In this document: positions 50,880-61,575 of the stretch, in pieces
Position numbering within the stretch: the stretch's first letter is position 1
Layout: every line of letters starts with the position of its first letter
Assembly: GCA_965197745.1 (NCBI GenBank)
Contig: CBDANS010000006.1
Coordinates: forward strand, 416,001 to 480,000
DNA from: Opitutales bacterium
GTDB lineage: Bacteria; Verrucomicrobiota; Verrucomicrobiia; Opitutales; PNEW01
DNA: 64,000 nucleotides
Direction: 5' to 3'
Position numbers and translations under genes: made by a program
Notes under the pieces: generated by a model
Seen by the model: the letters and a program-made list of their open reading frames with translations, nothing else
What the model was told of the DNA's origin: nothing
The model's database searches: none

Positions 50880-51515
50880 ATGGCACTTGATCTACACTCG
50901 GCCCGGTTTTATGGCATCCTCGATGCCGCTTACGTGTCAATGGAACAGTGGATCGATAAGTGCCGCGCATTGTTAAATGGAGGAGCGGACCTGGTTCAAT
51001 TACGAGCAAAAAATAAAACTCATAAAGAACGAATTGAACTCTTAGAATTAATACTGCCTCTTTTTAAAAACAAAATGGATGCTCTTATTATTAACGATGA
51101 TATTAATCTCGTCCTTCAATATCCGAGCGTGGGTCTGCATATTGGACCGCAGGATATACCGCCTTTAGAAGCGCGCAAACTTATGGGAAGTGATCGCCTC
51201 CTTGGGTTGTCATCACATTCATTGGAACAGGCCAATAACGCGGCAGGTTTAATTAAAATTATCAACTATTTTTGTATTGGTCCTGTTTTTGCAACAAAGA
51301 CTAAACCGGAATATACTCCCGTTGGCCTGGATCTGCTCAGTGCGGTAGCTGATATAAAAACGGAATTACCACTATTTTGTATTGGCGGTATTACACGCCT
51401 TAATGCCGAGAAGGTTAAAAATGCCGGCGCTGAACGTGTCGTTGCCATCTCAGATGTCCTTTGCGACGACGACACGGCCTCGGCCGTGCGCGAATTCCGT
51501 GGTCTATTTGAATAA
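50880..51515 (+). CDS. thiE: Thiamine-phosphate synthase
   Basis: GADLVQLRAK, IINDD, LHIG..D, GLSSH, GPVFATKTK, IGGI; likely start at 50880. Confidence 0.92.
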   Translation: MALDLHSARFYGILDAAYVSMEQWIDKCRALLNGGADLVQLRAKNKTHKERIELLELILPLFKNKMDALIINDDINLVLQYPSVGLHIGPQDIPPLEARKLMGSDRLLGLSSHSLEQANNAAGLIKIINYFCIGPVFATKTKPEYTPVGLDLLSAVADIKTELPLFCIGGITRLNAEKVKNAGAERVVAISDVLCDDDTASAVREFRGLFE

Positions 51516-51656
51516 TAAATCTCAGAACGTTAATTTATCTTCGCACTGAATCTTCTTATTGATCGGGAAAGCAGTGTCGTGATAGGGCCAGTAATCAGTT
51601 CGGGAAAATTAATAACAATGTGTTTTCAAGGTGATTTTATTTAAAATTCCCCCTTA

Positions 51657-52286
51657 ATGGACACGCTCATGGATTGGGTCATTATATCTACCCTCCCATT
51701 TATTACCGCGCTTATCGGTTGGCTGACGAATAAAGTAGCGATAAAAATGCTCTTTCGCCCGCAGCGATCGATCAGCATATGCGGTTGGAAATGGCAGGGC
51801 CTCATACCCAGGCGGCAAAAGGATATCGCGCGTCAAACCGGCGAAATTATTGAGCGTGATATTCTCAGCCATCATGATTTACGCCGTGAGATTATGAATA
51901 TTGATTTAAATCCTCACTTACATGAATTCACTTCTCGTCTTATCCGAAATAAACTCGGGTCCCGTTTAAAAACAATACCCCTCATTGGTAATTTCATTAA
52001 CGAGAAAATGTTAGCGCGACTTGAAAATGTGGCGTTGGATGAAATGATGCATGAGTCAACCGCACTCATGGATCATCTCGCCCATGAAATGGAACACCAT
52101 ATTGAAATAAAAACCCTGGTGGAGCAAAGAATAGCTGAATTTGACTTGGATAAACTCGAGTCTGTCGTCAATAAGGCCGCGAACAGTGAGTTTCGCACGA
52201 TTGAAATACTGGGAGGGATTCTCGGATTTATCATCGGACTGGGCCAGGTTTTATTGCTGTGGCTTACCGGCTATATTCAAATCTGA
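51657..52286 (+). CDS. DUF445-family membrane protein
   Basis: IGWLTNKVAIKMLFRP, QGLIPRR, EF..IE.LGGILGFIIG. Confidence 0.88.
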   Translation: MDTLMDWVIISTLPFITALIGWLTNKVAIKMLFRPQRSISICGWKWQGLIPRRQKDIARQTGEIIERDILSHHDLRREIMNIDLNPHLHEFTSRLIRNKLGSRLKTIPLIGNFINEKMLARLENVALDEMMHESTALMDHLAHEMEHHIEIKTLVEQRIAEFDLDKLESVVNKAANSEFRTIEILGGILGFIIGLGQVLLLWLTGYIQI

Positions 52287-52464
52287 TTTATTATAACGGA
52301 TAATTCATCGCCCGCTACTCACCACCATAAGGGGTTGCGTATCTTCATTTTTTCATAATATCCCCAATTCACTATTTATGGTGTAATGGGGGACGAAAAC
52401 AGGGAGACCGACATAGCTATTCGGTCCACCTCTTCCTGAATACATTATTTCACACAATACCCTG

Positions 52465-53247
52465 CTATAAGCGAAGATACTTACGAATGTAGAGTTCAAG
52501 TGAACTGGTGCGAAGATGATCGGCGATGATAATACCGTTCTGACTTATCAATACCATCGTAGGAATCGTTTCGACTCCCCACTTCTTAGAAATTGTCTTG
52601 TACTTATCCAATGCCATAGGCCAGGTAATTCCGTACTGATTTTCAAATTTACTGAGATTAATCTTACTTTGGTCCAGGCTTACCCCTATAATCTCGAATC
52701 CCCGGTCTTTGTAGCGATTATAAATCTGCACGAGTTGGGGCATCTCTTTGCGGCAGGGAGGACACCAGGTCGCCCAGAAATCGACCAGCACAAGCTTGCC
52801 GCGAAGTTGTTTTAAGGAGATGGAATCAGTGGAACCTTGAATCTTTCCACCCACATTGGGAGCGATATCTCCCGGCTTGTAATGGAGAAGCCTGGGAGGT
52901 GGTACCTTGGTGGGAAGTGCCTGCGCAACCTGCGTCCTGGCGGCTGTTTTCTTTTGAACCGGGGGGTTATATGCCGTTTTGGGTTTGGGTGCGGGCGCCA
53001 GCAGCTTGTCGCCTCCAGGAAATTTTTCGCGCACGTAAGCCTGATCTTCGGACGATAACTGCTTTACCGAATAGAGAACTCTACCGCCTGTCGCTTTTTT
53101 GAGAATAACAATACCCCCTCTATAATTGACAATCTCAGCCTCAAATGTCTTGCCGTCAGCCATGGTCCAAATGCGTGCGTTTAAGGCTATTGGGCTCAAT
53201 GATAATACTGAAATAATTAAAAGAATATTTAAAGATCCTAACTTCAT
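52465..53247 (-). CDS. Exported TlpA-family thiol-disulfide oxidoreductase with N-terminal SHD1-like domain
   Basis: Signal peptide; RIWT.ADGK.FEAE...LS.EDQ.YV (SHD1-like); DFWATWCPPC, IP; likely start MKLGSL at 53247. Confidence 0.85.
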   Translation of the reverse strand: MKLGSLNILLIISVLSLSPIALNARIWTMADGKTFEAEIVNYRGGIVILKKATGGRVLYSVKQLSSEDQAYVREKFPGGDKLLAPAPKPKTAYNPPVQKKTAARTQVAQALPTKVPPPRLLHYKPGDIAPNVGGKIQGSTDSISLKQLRGKLVLVDFWATWCPPCRKEMPQLVQIYNRYKDRGFEIIGVSLDQSKINLSKFENQYGITWPMALDKYKTISKKWGVETIPTMVLISQNGIIIADHLRTSSLELYIRKYLRL

Positions 53248-53343
53248 AGAATTATAATTAATATTAAAACCCCCTGGTCTCTGCACCGCATCATTTATAC
53301 TAAGCCAAATGATCACCAGGTGCAAGATCAATATGTATCAAAA

Positions 53344-54525
53344 CTAAACTGAGGCCGACTTTCGCAGGCGCAAATTGACTAAATAAACAGTAGTGACAAA
53401 TACTAAGAGAAAACAACCCACAACCCCGAAGGTTGAAGCTAAACTAAGATGATTGGTTAAAGGTTGTGCGAGAAATGGAGAAACGAATCGCCCTAAAAAA
53501 TGACAGGTCGTGAGGCCTCCTATAGCTCTACCACGATAAGCTTCCGGAGATACCGTATTTACCCAAAGGTTTATGTTAGGTAGGAATAAAGCCATTCCCA
53601 TAGAAAGAAAATACAAGCCGATTATGGCAAAAGCAAAAACTGACGATTGGTAGAGGACAAAAAAGCCAATGCTTGATAATAAAATAGAGGTCATCGTAAT
53701 ATCCATAAATCGAAATCTGCTTTTTATTCTCCCGTAATACGAAGCCCCCAGAGATATGACGATAGTAGTTGACGCTAAGGCCAGTCCTAATTTTGTACTG
53801 CTTGTCACCGATAATTCCTCGGCAAAGAAGGGAAATAATATTCCGGTAAGGAATGTAGCCGCAGTAATGATAAAAGTCAGCCCATATATAGAGCATATTT
53901 TTAAATAGGGGAAGGCTTCCTGCCCAGGTTTATCCTGGCTTATTTCTCGAGGTCTTGGTCGTCGGGGTTCCGTAATATAATACATACCCACGGGTATGAT
54001 AAAAAACGCGATGCTATATAAGTAGAATGGATAGCGCCAACTGATATCTGCTAACATACCACCCACTACCAGAACAATCATCGAGCCTAAACTCATAAAA
54101 GAAACCTGTATCCCAATGATTTTCTGTCGCTTTTCACTATCATAATCATAATAATCTGCGATCAAGGCTATGCACGCTGTGCTGATGGCTCCCACCGCCA
54201 ATCCAAGAATAGCTCTTCCCGCGATCAGCATGTAAAGTGAATCCAGATAACAGGCGGAAGTGCCGCTCAAACCGAAAATAACAACGGATACGAAAAGCAA
54301 TCGCTTGCGCCCAAATCGGTCAATGAAATAACCGGCAAGAGGCGCGCCAATCGCCGTAAACAGGTAAGGCATTGTTAGAAATAACCTGACTAACAATTCA
54401 GCATTGGCTTCACCCTCAAAAAAATTGAGGATTTTTGGTAGTGACGGAATCACCGGCGCCCCCGTCATAGGCGGGAGGCAGCTTATCAATAATAATATGA
54501 CTAAACGCAGAAAATTGTCTTTCAT
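53344..54525 (-). CDS. MFS transporter
   Basis: Motif A G.FIDRFGRK, GR.ILG, WR.PF; about 12 TM segments. Confidence 0.9.
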   Translation of the reverse strand: MKDNFLRLVILLLISCLPPMTGAPVIPSLPKILNFFEGEANAELLVRLFLTMPYLFTAIGAPLAGYFIDRFGRKRLLFVSVVIFGLSGTSACYLDSLYMLIAGRAILGLAVGAISTACIALIADYYDYDSEKRQKIIGIQVSFMSLGSMIVLVVGGMLADISWRYPFYLYSIAFFIIPVGMYYITEPRRPRPREISQDKPGQEAFPYLKICSIYGLTFIITAATFLTGILFPFFAEELSVTSSTKLGLALASTTIVISLGASYYGRIKSRFRFMDITMTSILLSSIGFFVLYQSSVFAFAIIGLYFLSMGMALFLPNINLWVNTVSPEAYRGRAIGGLTTCHFLGRFVSPFLAQPLTNHLSLASTFGVVGCFLLVFVTTVYLVNLRLRKSASV

Positions 54526-54965
54526 AAAAATGCGATTGTTCTTTCCACTTTTGATTGTCTAAGAACGGAACCTATCTTCTTTTCCTTATGATAAGCGCGA
54601 GCCGTATCGCAGTGACCGTAATCCAGCCCTAAAGCATGGCTCACACTCCCGTTGCAATTATTGCCACGTGGCTGCGCAGCGCTATACCCAAGTGCCGTCA
54701 ACCTGGGACTATTGATCTCACCGTATATCAAGGGAATTTAAGTATCGGTTCAGTGATTATGGAGTTAATCAGTACGATCTAAGCTCTAAGAGACAAGGAT
54801 GTAAGCAATAAGAAGATGACAGACCCCTTATCCCATATTACCGTTTTCTATATTGACTCGTAACCCAGTGGCGATCCAATAAACCAGTGTGGTGATAATA
54901 AATAGGTGGTAATTCATGGCAACCTCCCTCAGCCTGTGTTTAAAAGCTCTATGATCTAACCTGCG

Positions 54966-55712
54966 ATGAAGCGCCTTAGTGACAAAGTTGCCATTATTAC
55001 CGGGGCTGGAATGGGGCTGGGTGAATCGCTGGCCATTCTCTTCGCCTCAGAAGGAGCGAAGATCATTGTTGCTGATATTAATCAAAAAGCAGGAGAGGAA
55101 ACGGTCGCGAAAATCCTGGAGGCTGAAGGTGAAGCAACATTTATCCATTCAGACGTGCAAAAAGAAGCGGATGCGGAAAATATGGTTCGCGTAACCAGGG
55201 AGCAGTTTGGAAGACTGGATATCCTTGTCAATAACGTCGGTGTTCAAGTCAATAAGAACATTGTCGAAACGACCGAAGATGAGTGGGACTTTGTCCTCAA
55301 CACAAATTTAAAGAGCATGTTTTTCTGCTCAAAATACGCGATTCCCCAAATGAAAAAAAACGGTGGCGGAAATATTATTTGTGTATCATCTCTCTCGGGA
55401 TTAGTTGGCAATGGCATACAGGCATCCTATAACGCGAGTAAACACGGGGTCATCGGGCTGGTGCGCTGCATGGCCATCGACCACGCCCCCGACAATATTC
55501 GCGTTAATGCCATTTGCCCGGGATCGATGAATACCCCTTTAGTCCTGGGCATTCCAAAAGAAAAACTTGAGCCCTATTACAACTTAAATGTGCAGAAGCG
55601 TTTTGCGGAACCCATCGAGGTTGCGCGCGCCGTGCTTTTCCTCGCCAGCGATGAAGCATCCTTTGTTACTGGATCAGTGATGGTTGCTGATGGCGGATAT
55701 ACCACAATGTAA
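54966..55712 (+). CDS. Classical SDR oxidoreductase
   Basis: TGAGMGLG, NNVG, SS, YNASK, IRVNAICPG, DGG. Confidence 0.93.
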   Translation: MKRLSDKVAIITGAGMGLGESLAILFASEGAKIIVADINQKAGEETVAKILEAEGEATFIHSDVQKEADAENMVRVTREQFGRLDILVNNVGVQVNKNIVETTEDEWDFVLNTNLKSMFFCSKYAIPQMKKNGGGNIICVSSLSGLVGNGIQASYNASKHGVIGLVRCMAIDHAPDNIRVNAICPGSMNTPLVLGIPKEKLEPYYNLNVQKRFAEPIEVARAVLFLASDEASFVTGSVMVADGGYTTM

Positions 55713-55741
55713 GCTATTTTTAATTTTTGATATACACCGTC

Positions 55742-56782
55742 ATGGTTTTTAAAGCAGGAATAATTGGCACCGGGACTATCGCCCTGGACCATGCCGTAAC
55801 TTGCCAGAAAAATTCAAAAGTAGAATTAACTGCGGTCTGTGATCTTTCGCCCGATGCCCTGGCCGTATTTGGCGACCGATTTAATATTTCAAATCGATAT
55901 TCTAATCTGGACGATTTTCTGAAAAACGAGCAGCTCGATATCGTTATTGTATGCACCTGGGGCCCTTCGCATGCTGAAGTAAGTGTCGCTGCGGCAGGTT
56001 CGGGAAATGTCCGAGCCATCCTCTGTGAAAAACCCATTTCCGGCAATGCTGCTGAGTGCGCAGCGATGATTGCCGCTGCACACGGGAATAATGTCTTGTT
56101 AGCGGAAGGATTCAAATGGAGGCATGATCCACAACATGTCAGAATAAAAGAGATTATCGATTCCGGTTGCATTGGAAAAGTTATGTCTGTTCAAAGCACA
56201 TTTTCCTCACCACTCGTTCGCTTCGCCGAGCCCGACAACTGGCGATATGAACGCCAACGCGGCGGGGGATCTGTTTATGACACAGCCTCCTACATCATTC
56301 ATTTCTCACGTCTCGTTATTGGGGAGGAGCCGCATCGGGTTTATGCCGTAGGAAATTATATTGAATCATCCGATGCCGATATGTCGGCGGCAATCATCCT
56401 TGAGTTCCCCGGGGGAGCGACCGCAAAATTAACCTCCAGCTATCAGTACGGCTACTGCCAGGCGACAGAGGTTCTCGGTATGAATGGTTGGATACGCGCC
56501 GACCTGCCCTTTGATCAACGCAGTGTAAGAGAACAGGAATTTGTCGAGAGTGAAGATTTACCGGCCACACTCGAGTTGTTTTATGATAACTTCGACAAGG
56601 AAATTCTCAGTTTTACTCCTATTGACCAGTTTGCTATGCAACTCGACCATTTGGTTGAGTGCCTCGAAACGAATACGCCGCATCGCATACCGCCTGAATT
56701 CAGCCTCGGTAACATGCGGGTCATCGATGCCGTTTATGAATCAATGAATACTGGAAATCCAGTAAAGGTAAAATCCGGTTAG
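55742..56782 (+). CDS. Gfo/Idh/MocA-family NAD(P) oxidoreductase
   Basis: GIIGTGTIA, LCEKP, GGGSVYDTASY; likely start at 55742. Confidence 0.92.
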   Translation: MVFKAGIIGTGTIALDHAVTCQKNSKVELTAVCDLSPDALAVFGDRFNISNRYSNLDDFLKNEQLDIVIVCTWGPSHAEVSVAAAGSGNVRAILCEKPISGNAAECAAMIAAAHGNNVLLAEGFKWRHDPQHVRIKEIIDSGCIGKVMSVQSTFSSPLVRFAEPDNWRYERQRGGGSVYDTASYIIHFSRLVIGEEPHRVYAVGNYIESSDADMSAAIILEFPGGATAKLTSSYQYGYCQATEVLGMNGWIRADLPFDQRSVREQEFVESEDLPATLELFYDNFDKEILSFTPIDQFAMQLDHLVECLETNTPHRIPPEFSLGNMRVIDAVYESMNTGNPVKVKSG

Positions 56783-56797
56783 ACGTAAAAAAGTTAG

Positions 56798-57772
56798 ATG
56801 CCATTTAAATACTCTGCAATTTCCGACACCGTAAGAAGACTCGGGTATAGTATATTGGAGACGCCGCAAATGGTGCTCGAGGCTGTCAAGGGCGCGGGCT
56901 TTGACGCCGTAGATATTCCCGGTGATCCGCAGAAAATCAATGTCCGTGAACTCAGGCAGTTAATTGAGACTACCGGGCTCGAGGTGGCTGAAGTTCAGGG
57001 AGCCTGGTCTTTTCATCACGCGGGAGAAAGCAGGGACCTCGCAGGTGATGATGGGGATGCCAGGCAGAGAGGAATCGATTATGGTAAAGCGTGTATCGAA
57101 CTCGCTTCGGATTTAGGGGCACAGTTTTTCGAGATTTGTTCCGCGCAATCTCCAATTCCGCAAATTCCTTTTCCCAAGTTGCCGCTTCATATTTTGAGAA
57201 ATAACTTTCTCGAATCCTCAAGAACAATTTGTGAATATGCTGCTGAACACAATATTACGGTCCTCTTCGAGCCCTTGAACCGTTATGAAGCTTATCCCGG
57301 GGTCCTTACTTCTGTCTATGATGCGATCAACCTGATAAATGATCTGGGGCTGCCCAATCTGGGCATTCAACCTGATATTTATCACATGAATATCGCCGAG
57401 GCTTCTATCCCCGATGCCCTTATTGCCGCAGGCAGTCGAATCAAGGTCATGCATATGAACGAAACCAATCATTATTATATGGGCGAAGGTCACGCCGACT
57501 ATTACACCATTTTAAAAATTCTTAAGGAGATTAATTTCAATGGATTCCTCTCTCTATATATGCCCTTGATCCCTCGAGAATTGTCATATCGGGAAGGCCG
57601 TGATGAAATTTCATCAAAGCCGGATTTACAGGAAGTTTTAGAGAAACAGTTAAATTTTCTGAAAGCAGTTGAAAGGTCCGTAGACAAACAAAGATCAATT
57701 TATAGCACGAGTGCTTCCTACATTACTGATAGAGAAACCGAGGAGCCAGGAGAGACCGACAATGTTTATTGA
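56798..57772 (+). CDS. Xylose-isomerase-like TIM-barrel protein (ketose 3-epimerase-like, atypical active site)
   Basis: EPLNRYE, QPDIYHMNIAE, HMNETNH..MGEGH, FNGFLSLYMP. Confidence 0.85.
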   Translation: MPFKYSAISDTVRRLGYSILETPQMVLEAVKGAGFDAVDIPGDPQKINVRELRQLIETTGLEVAEVQGAWSFHHAGESRDLAGDDGDARQRGIDYGKACIELASDLGAQFFEICSAQSPIPQIPFPKLPLHILRNNFLESSRTICEYAAEHNITVLFEPLNRYEAYPGVLTSVYDAINLINDLGLPNLGIQPDIYHMNIAEASIPDALIAAGSRIKVMHMNETNHYYMGEGHADYYTILKILKEINFNGFLSLYMPLIPRELSYREGRDEISSKPDLQEVLEKQLNFLKAVERSVDKQRSIYSTSASYITDRETEEPGETDNVY

Positions 57773-57938
57773 AGACGCCGTGGATACGTTTGTTGCTATA
57801 TACTGATATAAACCTGGGGATTTTTTACATAAATTATGAAGCCTATCGAAAAATTTCCCTTTAATATTCCACTGGGCGGAATAATTTAATTAGATGTATT
57901 TATTAATTAATCTTAATATTAAAGAAAGGGATCATGAA

Positions 57939-58469
57939 ATGAGTATGATAATTACAATGGACCATGTCGCGGTCATGGTAAAAGATATTGAGAAATCGCT
58001 CCACTTCTATCGTGATTTGTTGGGGCTTGAAGTGGTATCCCCCGAAGAACACAACGACGGGCCAATATCGGTAATGGTAAACATGCCCAAGGTGCACATG
58101 CGTGAGTACCGCCTGCGTCCCAAAGGCGGAGTCCATGGTCATTCCAGAAATAAAGGCTCCGGGTTTACCTTTGATATTATACAATGGATAAATCCCGAAA
58201 GTCCCGTGGATCGCTATCCCCTTCACCATGTGCCCAGCGCCCATTTCTGTTTTGGGGTAGAAAATGTGCCGGCTACTTATGAAAGGCTCAAGGCAGAAGG
58301 GGTCGAGTTTGTCTCACCCCCTGTAAGCTTCTCCGGAGAGGGCGAGTGGCATGTTTTGTTTTTCTATGATCCGGATGGCAATCTGCTTGAATTGAACGAA
58401 ATGGGAACCGGGGCACAAGTCCCGCACCATTATGAATGGGCCACCGCCAAAGCGTTGGAAGATTATTAA
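57939..58469 (+). CDS. VOC/glyoxalase-family protein
   Basis: DHVAVMVKD.EKSL.FY.D.LG, HFCFGV, FFYDPDGNLLEL; gaaaggga SD before ATG at 57939. Confidence 0.88.
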   Translation: MSMIITMDHVAVMVKDIEKSLHFYRDLLGLEVVSPEEHNDGPISVMVNMPKVHMREYRLRPKGGVHGHSRNKGSGFTFDIIQWINPESPVDRYPLHHVPSAHFCFGVENVPATYERLKAEGVEFVSPPVSFSGEGEWHVLFFYDPDGNLLELNEMGTGAQVPHHYEWATAKALEDY

Positions 58470-58494
58470 TTAATCCGTAAATCTATTATAATCT

Positions 58495-59259
58495 ATGCAG
58501 ACAAACAGAACACGTGAAAAACTGAATGCGGGGCAGGCAGCTCTCGGCACTTTCATGGGTTTGGGCAGCCCCAATCTTGCTGAACTTTTATCTAATGTCG
58601 GCCTCGACTTCCTGGTCATTGAGACCGAACACAACGGTCTGGATTCAGCTGAAATTGAACACATGCTCATGGCCATAAAGGGAACCGAGACTATCCCTAT
58701 TGTCCGTGTCCCTTCACATGACTACGTTTTTATTCAGCGGGCCTTGGATATGGGCGCAATGGGAATTCTTGTTCCCATGCTAAAGACCGCAGCTGAAGTA
58801 GAAAAAATTGTGGCCGCTACTCGCTACCCACCGCAGGGAACGCGTGGTTGGGGTCCGATGCGTGCCAGCAAGTATACCCTCGACGATGATGATTATATTA
58901 AGCGGGCCAATGACAATATCCTCGTCACCGGGCTTCTCGAGACAAAAGAGGCTGTAGAAAATCTGGAAGAGATTACTTCCGTCCCCGGTCTTGACGCCCT
59001 TTACCTGGGAATGTGGGATTTGTGTTTCTCCATGGGATTTAACCCTATGGAAATGCCATTCCCGGAAACAGACGCGGTGATAGAACGCGCCTTGGAAATT
59101 GGGAAAAAAAATGGTGTCGCGATTGGTATCGGTTCTAACTCTCCCGAGGATTTAAAACTACGTCAGGCGCAGGGTATGACCTTTTTAGGTTACGGTCCCG
59201 ACTACTATTTAGTTAGAAATGCTATCAAGGCCGCCGTAGAAGCATTCAATCGACCTTAG
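58495..59259 (+). CDS. HpcH/HpaI-family class II pyruvate aldolase
   Basis: ETEHNG, VRVP, ALDMGA, RYPPQGTRG, ETKEAVENLEEI, G..DL. Confidence 0.9.
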   Translation: MQTNRTREKLNAGQAALGTFMGLGSPNLAELLSNVGLDFLVIETEHNGLDSAEIEHMLMAIKGTETIPIVRVPSHDYVFIQRALDMGAMGILVPMLKTAAEVEKIVAATRYPPQGTRGWGPMRASKYTLDDDDYIKRANDNILVTGLLETKEAVENLEEITSVPGLDALYLGMWDLCFSMGFNPMEMPFPETDAVIERALEIGKKNGVAIGIGSNSPEDLKLRQAQGMTFLGYGPDYYLVRNAIKAAVEAFNRP

Positions 59260-59279
59260 GAGCAAGCGTTGAGACATCG

Positions 59280-60242
59280 ATGAGCGAATATCTTCAGTTG
59301 AAAGATTCAACGGAACACCGGGGCGATAGTAAGCGCCTTGCGGAGATCCTCAACGAAGATGGCTATCTCTTGCTGCGACACCTCGTCAATCCCGATCACG
59401 CCTTACAGGTCAAAAGAGATATCATGGCGATTCTGAAAGAGCATAATATTATTGAGGACGACAGCGCGGCAGATCCCATGTGGAGCGGAGGTCCCCACCC
59501 CACGGAAGAGGAATATATGATCTACTACGATAAAATCGTAAGACTCGACTCTTTTAATAGTTTCGCAAAATCACCGGATGTAGTTTCCTTCATGGAAGGT
59601 GTATTCGGGGCTCCTGTTCAAGTATGGGAACAGCGTCTCATCCGCATCATGTGCCCCGACCCGGACGCCCCTGATGATATCGGTGTTGGCGCGCACCAGG
59701 ACGGCGCGAAGAATCTTGGGTATGGGGCGGATAGATTTTATACCTGCTGGTTACCACTCATGGACATTGATGTGAAATTAGGCGGTCTTGCCATTGTTCC
59801 CGGTTCTCACAAAATGGGATTCATGGAGCATACGGGTTCCAACCCCAGCTCTTCTCAAGAAGCACGGTCAAAGGGGTTTGGACTGGACATGAAGAAGTTC
59901 AACTGGGCAACAAGCGATTACCATCCCGGCGACGCCATCTTCTTCAGTCATGTTACCGCTCATCGTGGACTCATCAATCGCTCCGACCGCATCAGGCTTT
60001 CCTGCGATTTCCGATATCAATCGATCAATGACACCGTAAATTGGCTTGCGCATACCCTGGGGCCTGATGTCCGCCGCGTAGCCCAGCAGATTGATGCGAT
60101 CATCAGCAGTCGTGCACTCTACGTGACAACACACGCTGACCGCGAAACCCTCGTTGAAGTTCGCCGACGCATGTTGGAGGAAAAATCGACGAACCTGGAA
60201 CGCGCACAAGAACTGGTCGCAGAGGTCAGCAATATACATTAA
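59280..60242 (+). CDS. PhyH-family Fe(II)/2-oxoglutarate dioxygenase
   Basis: EDGYLLLR, HQD, W.PL.D....GGL..VPGSH, distal His (AHRG), RLSCDFRYQ. Confidence 0.9.
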   Translation: MSEYLQLKDSTEHRGDSKRLAEILNEDGYLLLRHLVNPDHALQVKRDIMAILKEHNIIEDDSAADPMWSGGPHPTEEEYMIYYDKIVRLDSFNSFAKSPDVVSFMEGVFGAPVQVWEQRLIRIMCPDPDAPDDIGVGAHQDGAKNLGYGADRFYTCWLPLMDIDVKLGGLAIVPGSHKMGFMEHTGSNPSSSQEARSKGFGLDMKKFNWATSDYHPGDAIFFSHVTAHRGLINRSDRIRLSCDFRYQSINDTVNWLAHTLGPDVRRVAQQIDAIISSRALYVTTHADRETLVEVRRRMLEEKSTNLERAQELVAEVSNIH

Positions 60243-60264
60243 TCGTCGTCTTCGTCCCATTCCA

Positions 60265-60317
60265 CGGACGCGATCAGCCGTCGTCCGTACCGCGGACGCG
60301 ACGGAGCGCGTCCCTCC
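60265..60317. repeat. Tandem REP-like palindromes (one intact, one degenerate)
   Basis: ggacgcg-acggag-cgcgtcc-ctcc at 60294-60317, preceded by cggacgcg-atcagc-cgtcgtccg-tacc. Confidence 0.6.
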
Positions 60318-60530
60318 ATAAATATTCATTTATATTTATAATACTGCGTTGGTATCATAAAATTAAAGTTTAAGAAGCGTGCTGGGGACAGCCCGCTCCA
60401 CATCATTGCTCAACACCTCGAACATCGGATATCATCATCATTGGTATTCTGAGGATGGCCGACCACCCTCCGTCCCTCAATCGAGGAACTATGGACGGCG
60501 GGCAGGTAATCGCAAGTCCATCCATGATTT

Positions 60531-60567
60531 CATTCCCGTATTTCCGCATTTCCGCTTACACCCCTTC
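60531..60567. repeat. Degenerate CATTTCCG-octamer repeat, copy 1
   Basis: 33/37 identical to 62550-62586. Confidence 0.7.
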
Positions 60568-60658
60568 TACCCCTACGGCCACGACAGAGCGTGGCCTTCC
60601 ATAAATCAACTTCGCGCAAAGAAAAATGCGCAACCTCTACCGAACTACAATTGCTTTC

Positions 60659-61552
60659 TTACCCGATCTCGGCTTCCACGCCTCTGACATACTCAATTGT
60701 TTCAGTGAGAACGGCGTTCAAATCGGCTTTCGCGGGTGTCGTGCCTTCGTCAACAATACCGCGAAAGGTCATATTGAAAAGTTCTCGCGTCATTAATGGC
60801 ATGTATACCGTCATGTAACCGGAAAATCCTATTTCCTTTAACGCTTGCATTATTCCCTTAACATCGACGTGACCAGTTCCGAATTTAAAGTGATTGGTTT
60901 CGTTCATGTGAAATGTCACGATCTGGTCTTTAAATATTTTTAAAGCATCGGTAATCGATTTTTCTCCGACATTCATATGAAATACGTCCGGTTGAAGCCC
61001 GATGTTATCGTAATCCAGCTCCTTAATGACATTCATTGTTTCATTAAGGGTATTCATTAAACAGGGATAGCTTTCATAACAATTCAAAGGTTCAACGGCG
61101 ACAGTTACCTTTCGTTCGGCAGCGTAAGCACATATTTCTTTGAGTCCGTCGACAAGATTGCTCTTCAGAGTCTCGACGGGCATAACAGAAATGGGCGCCT
61201 CGGTTACACTGGGCTGGGGAAGACAAAACCCAAAAAATGGGGAATTCAAATCGACACAGTAATCAATAGTTTCCTTTGCATACTCAACTGCTTTTTTTCT
61301 CGTGTCTTCATCACCTCCTGCCAGGTCTCTGCCATCACCACCCCAATTGCCTAAAACTTCGGGGATCTCCAGTTTGAGAGAATCTGCAACGCGTCGTATC
61401 TGTTCCGTGTTGCGATTATTCGGATTGTCAAATACATCGATGCCATCAAACCCTGCACTCTTGATTGCTTTCAATATAGGTTCAGGTTCTTCCGAAAAAT
61501 CATAACCCAGAAAGCCGAGTGTAAGTCCGGATACTGAATATTTAAAAGCCAT
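60659..61552 (-). CDS. Xylose-isomerase-like TIM-barrel protein (paralog 2)
   Basis: EPLNCYE, QPDVFHMNVGE, HMNETNH..FGTGH, FSGYMTVYMP. Confidence 0.85.
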   Translation of the reverse strand: MAFKYSVSGLTLGFLGYDFSEEPEPILKAIKSAGFDGIDVFDNPNNRNTEQIRRVADSLKLEIPEVLGNWGGDGRDLAGGDEDTRKKAVEYAKETIDYCVDLNSPFFGFCLPQPSVTEAPISVMPVETLKSNLVDGLKEICAYAAERKVTVAVEPLNCYESYPCLMNTLNETMNVIKELDYDNIGLQPDVFHMNVGEKSITDALKIFKDQIVTFHMNETNHFKFGTGHVDVKGIMQALKEIGFSGYMTVYMPLMTRELFNMTFRGIVDEGTTPAKADLNAVLTETIEYVRGVEAEIG

Positions 61553-61575
61553 AATACCAATTCGTTGTGCTTTAC

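Noticed and set aside
54522..54965. 69-aa ORF or ncRNA between the MFS and SDR genes
   Set aside because: No recognisable motif or convincing structure; probably a divergent promoter region
60243..60658. CRISPR array or 102-aa ORF in the convergent gap
   Set aside because: No regular repeat-spacer periodicity and no cas genes; the ORF merely reads through repeat elements
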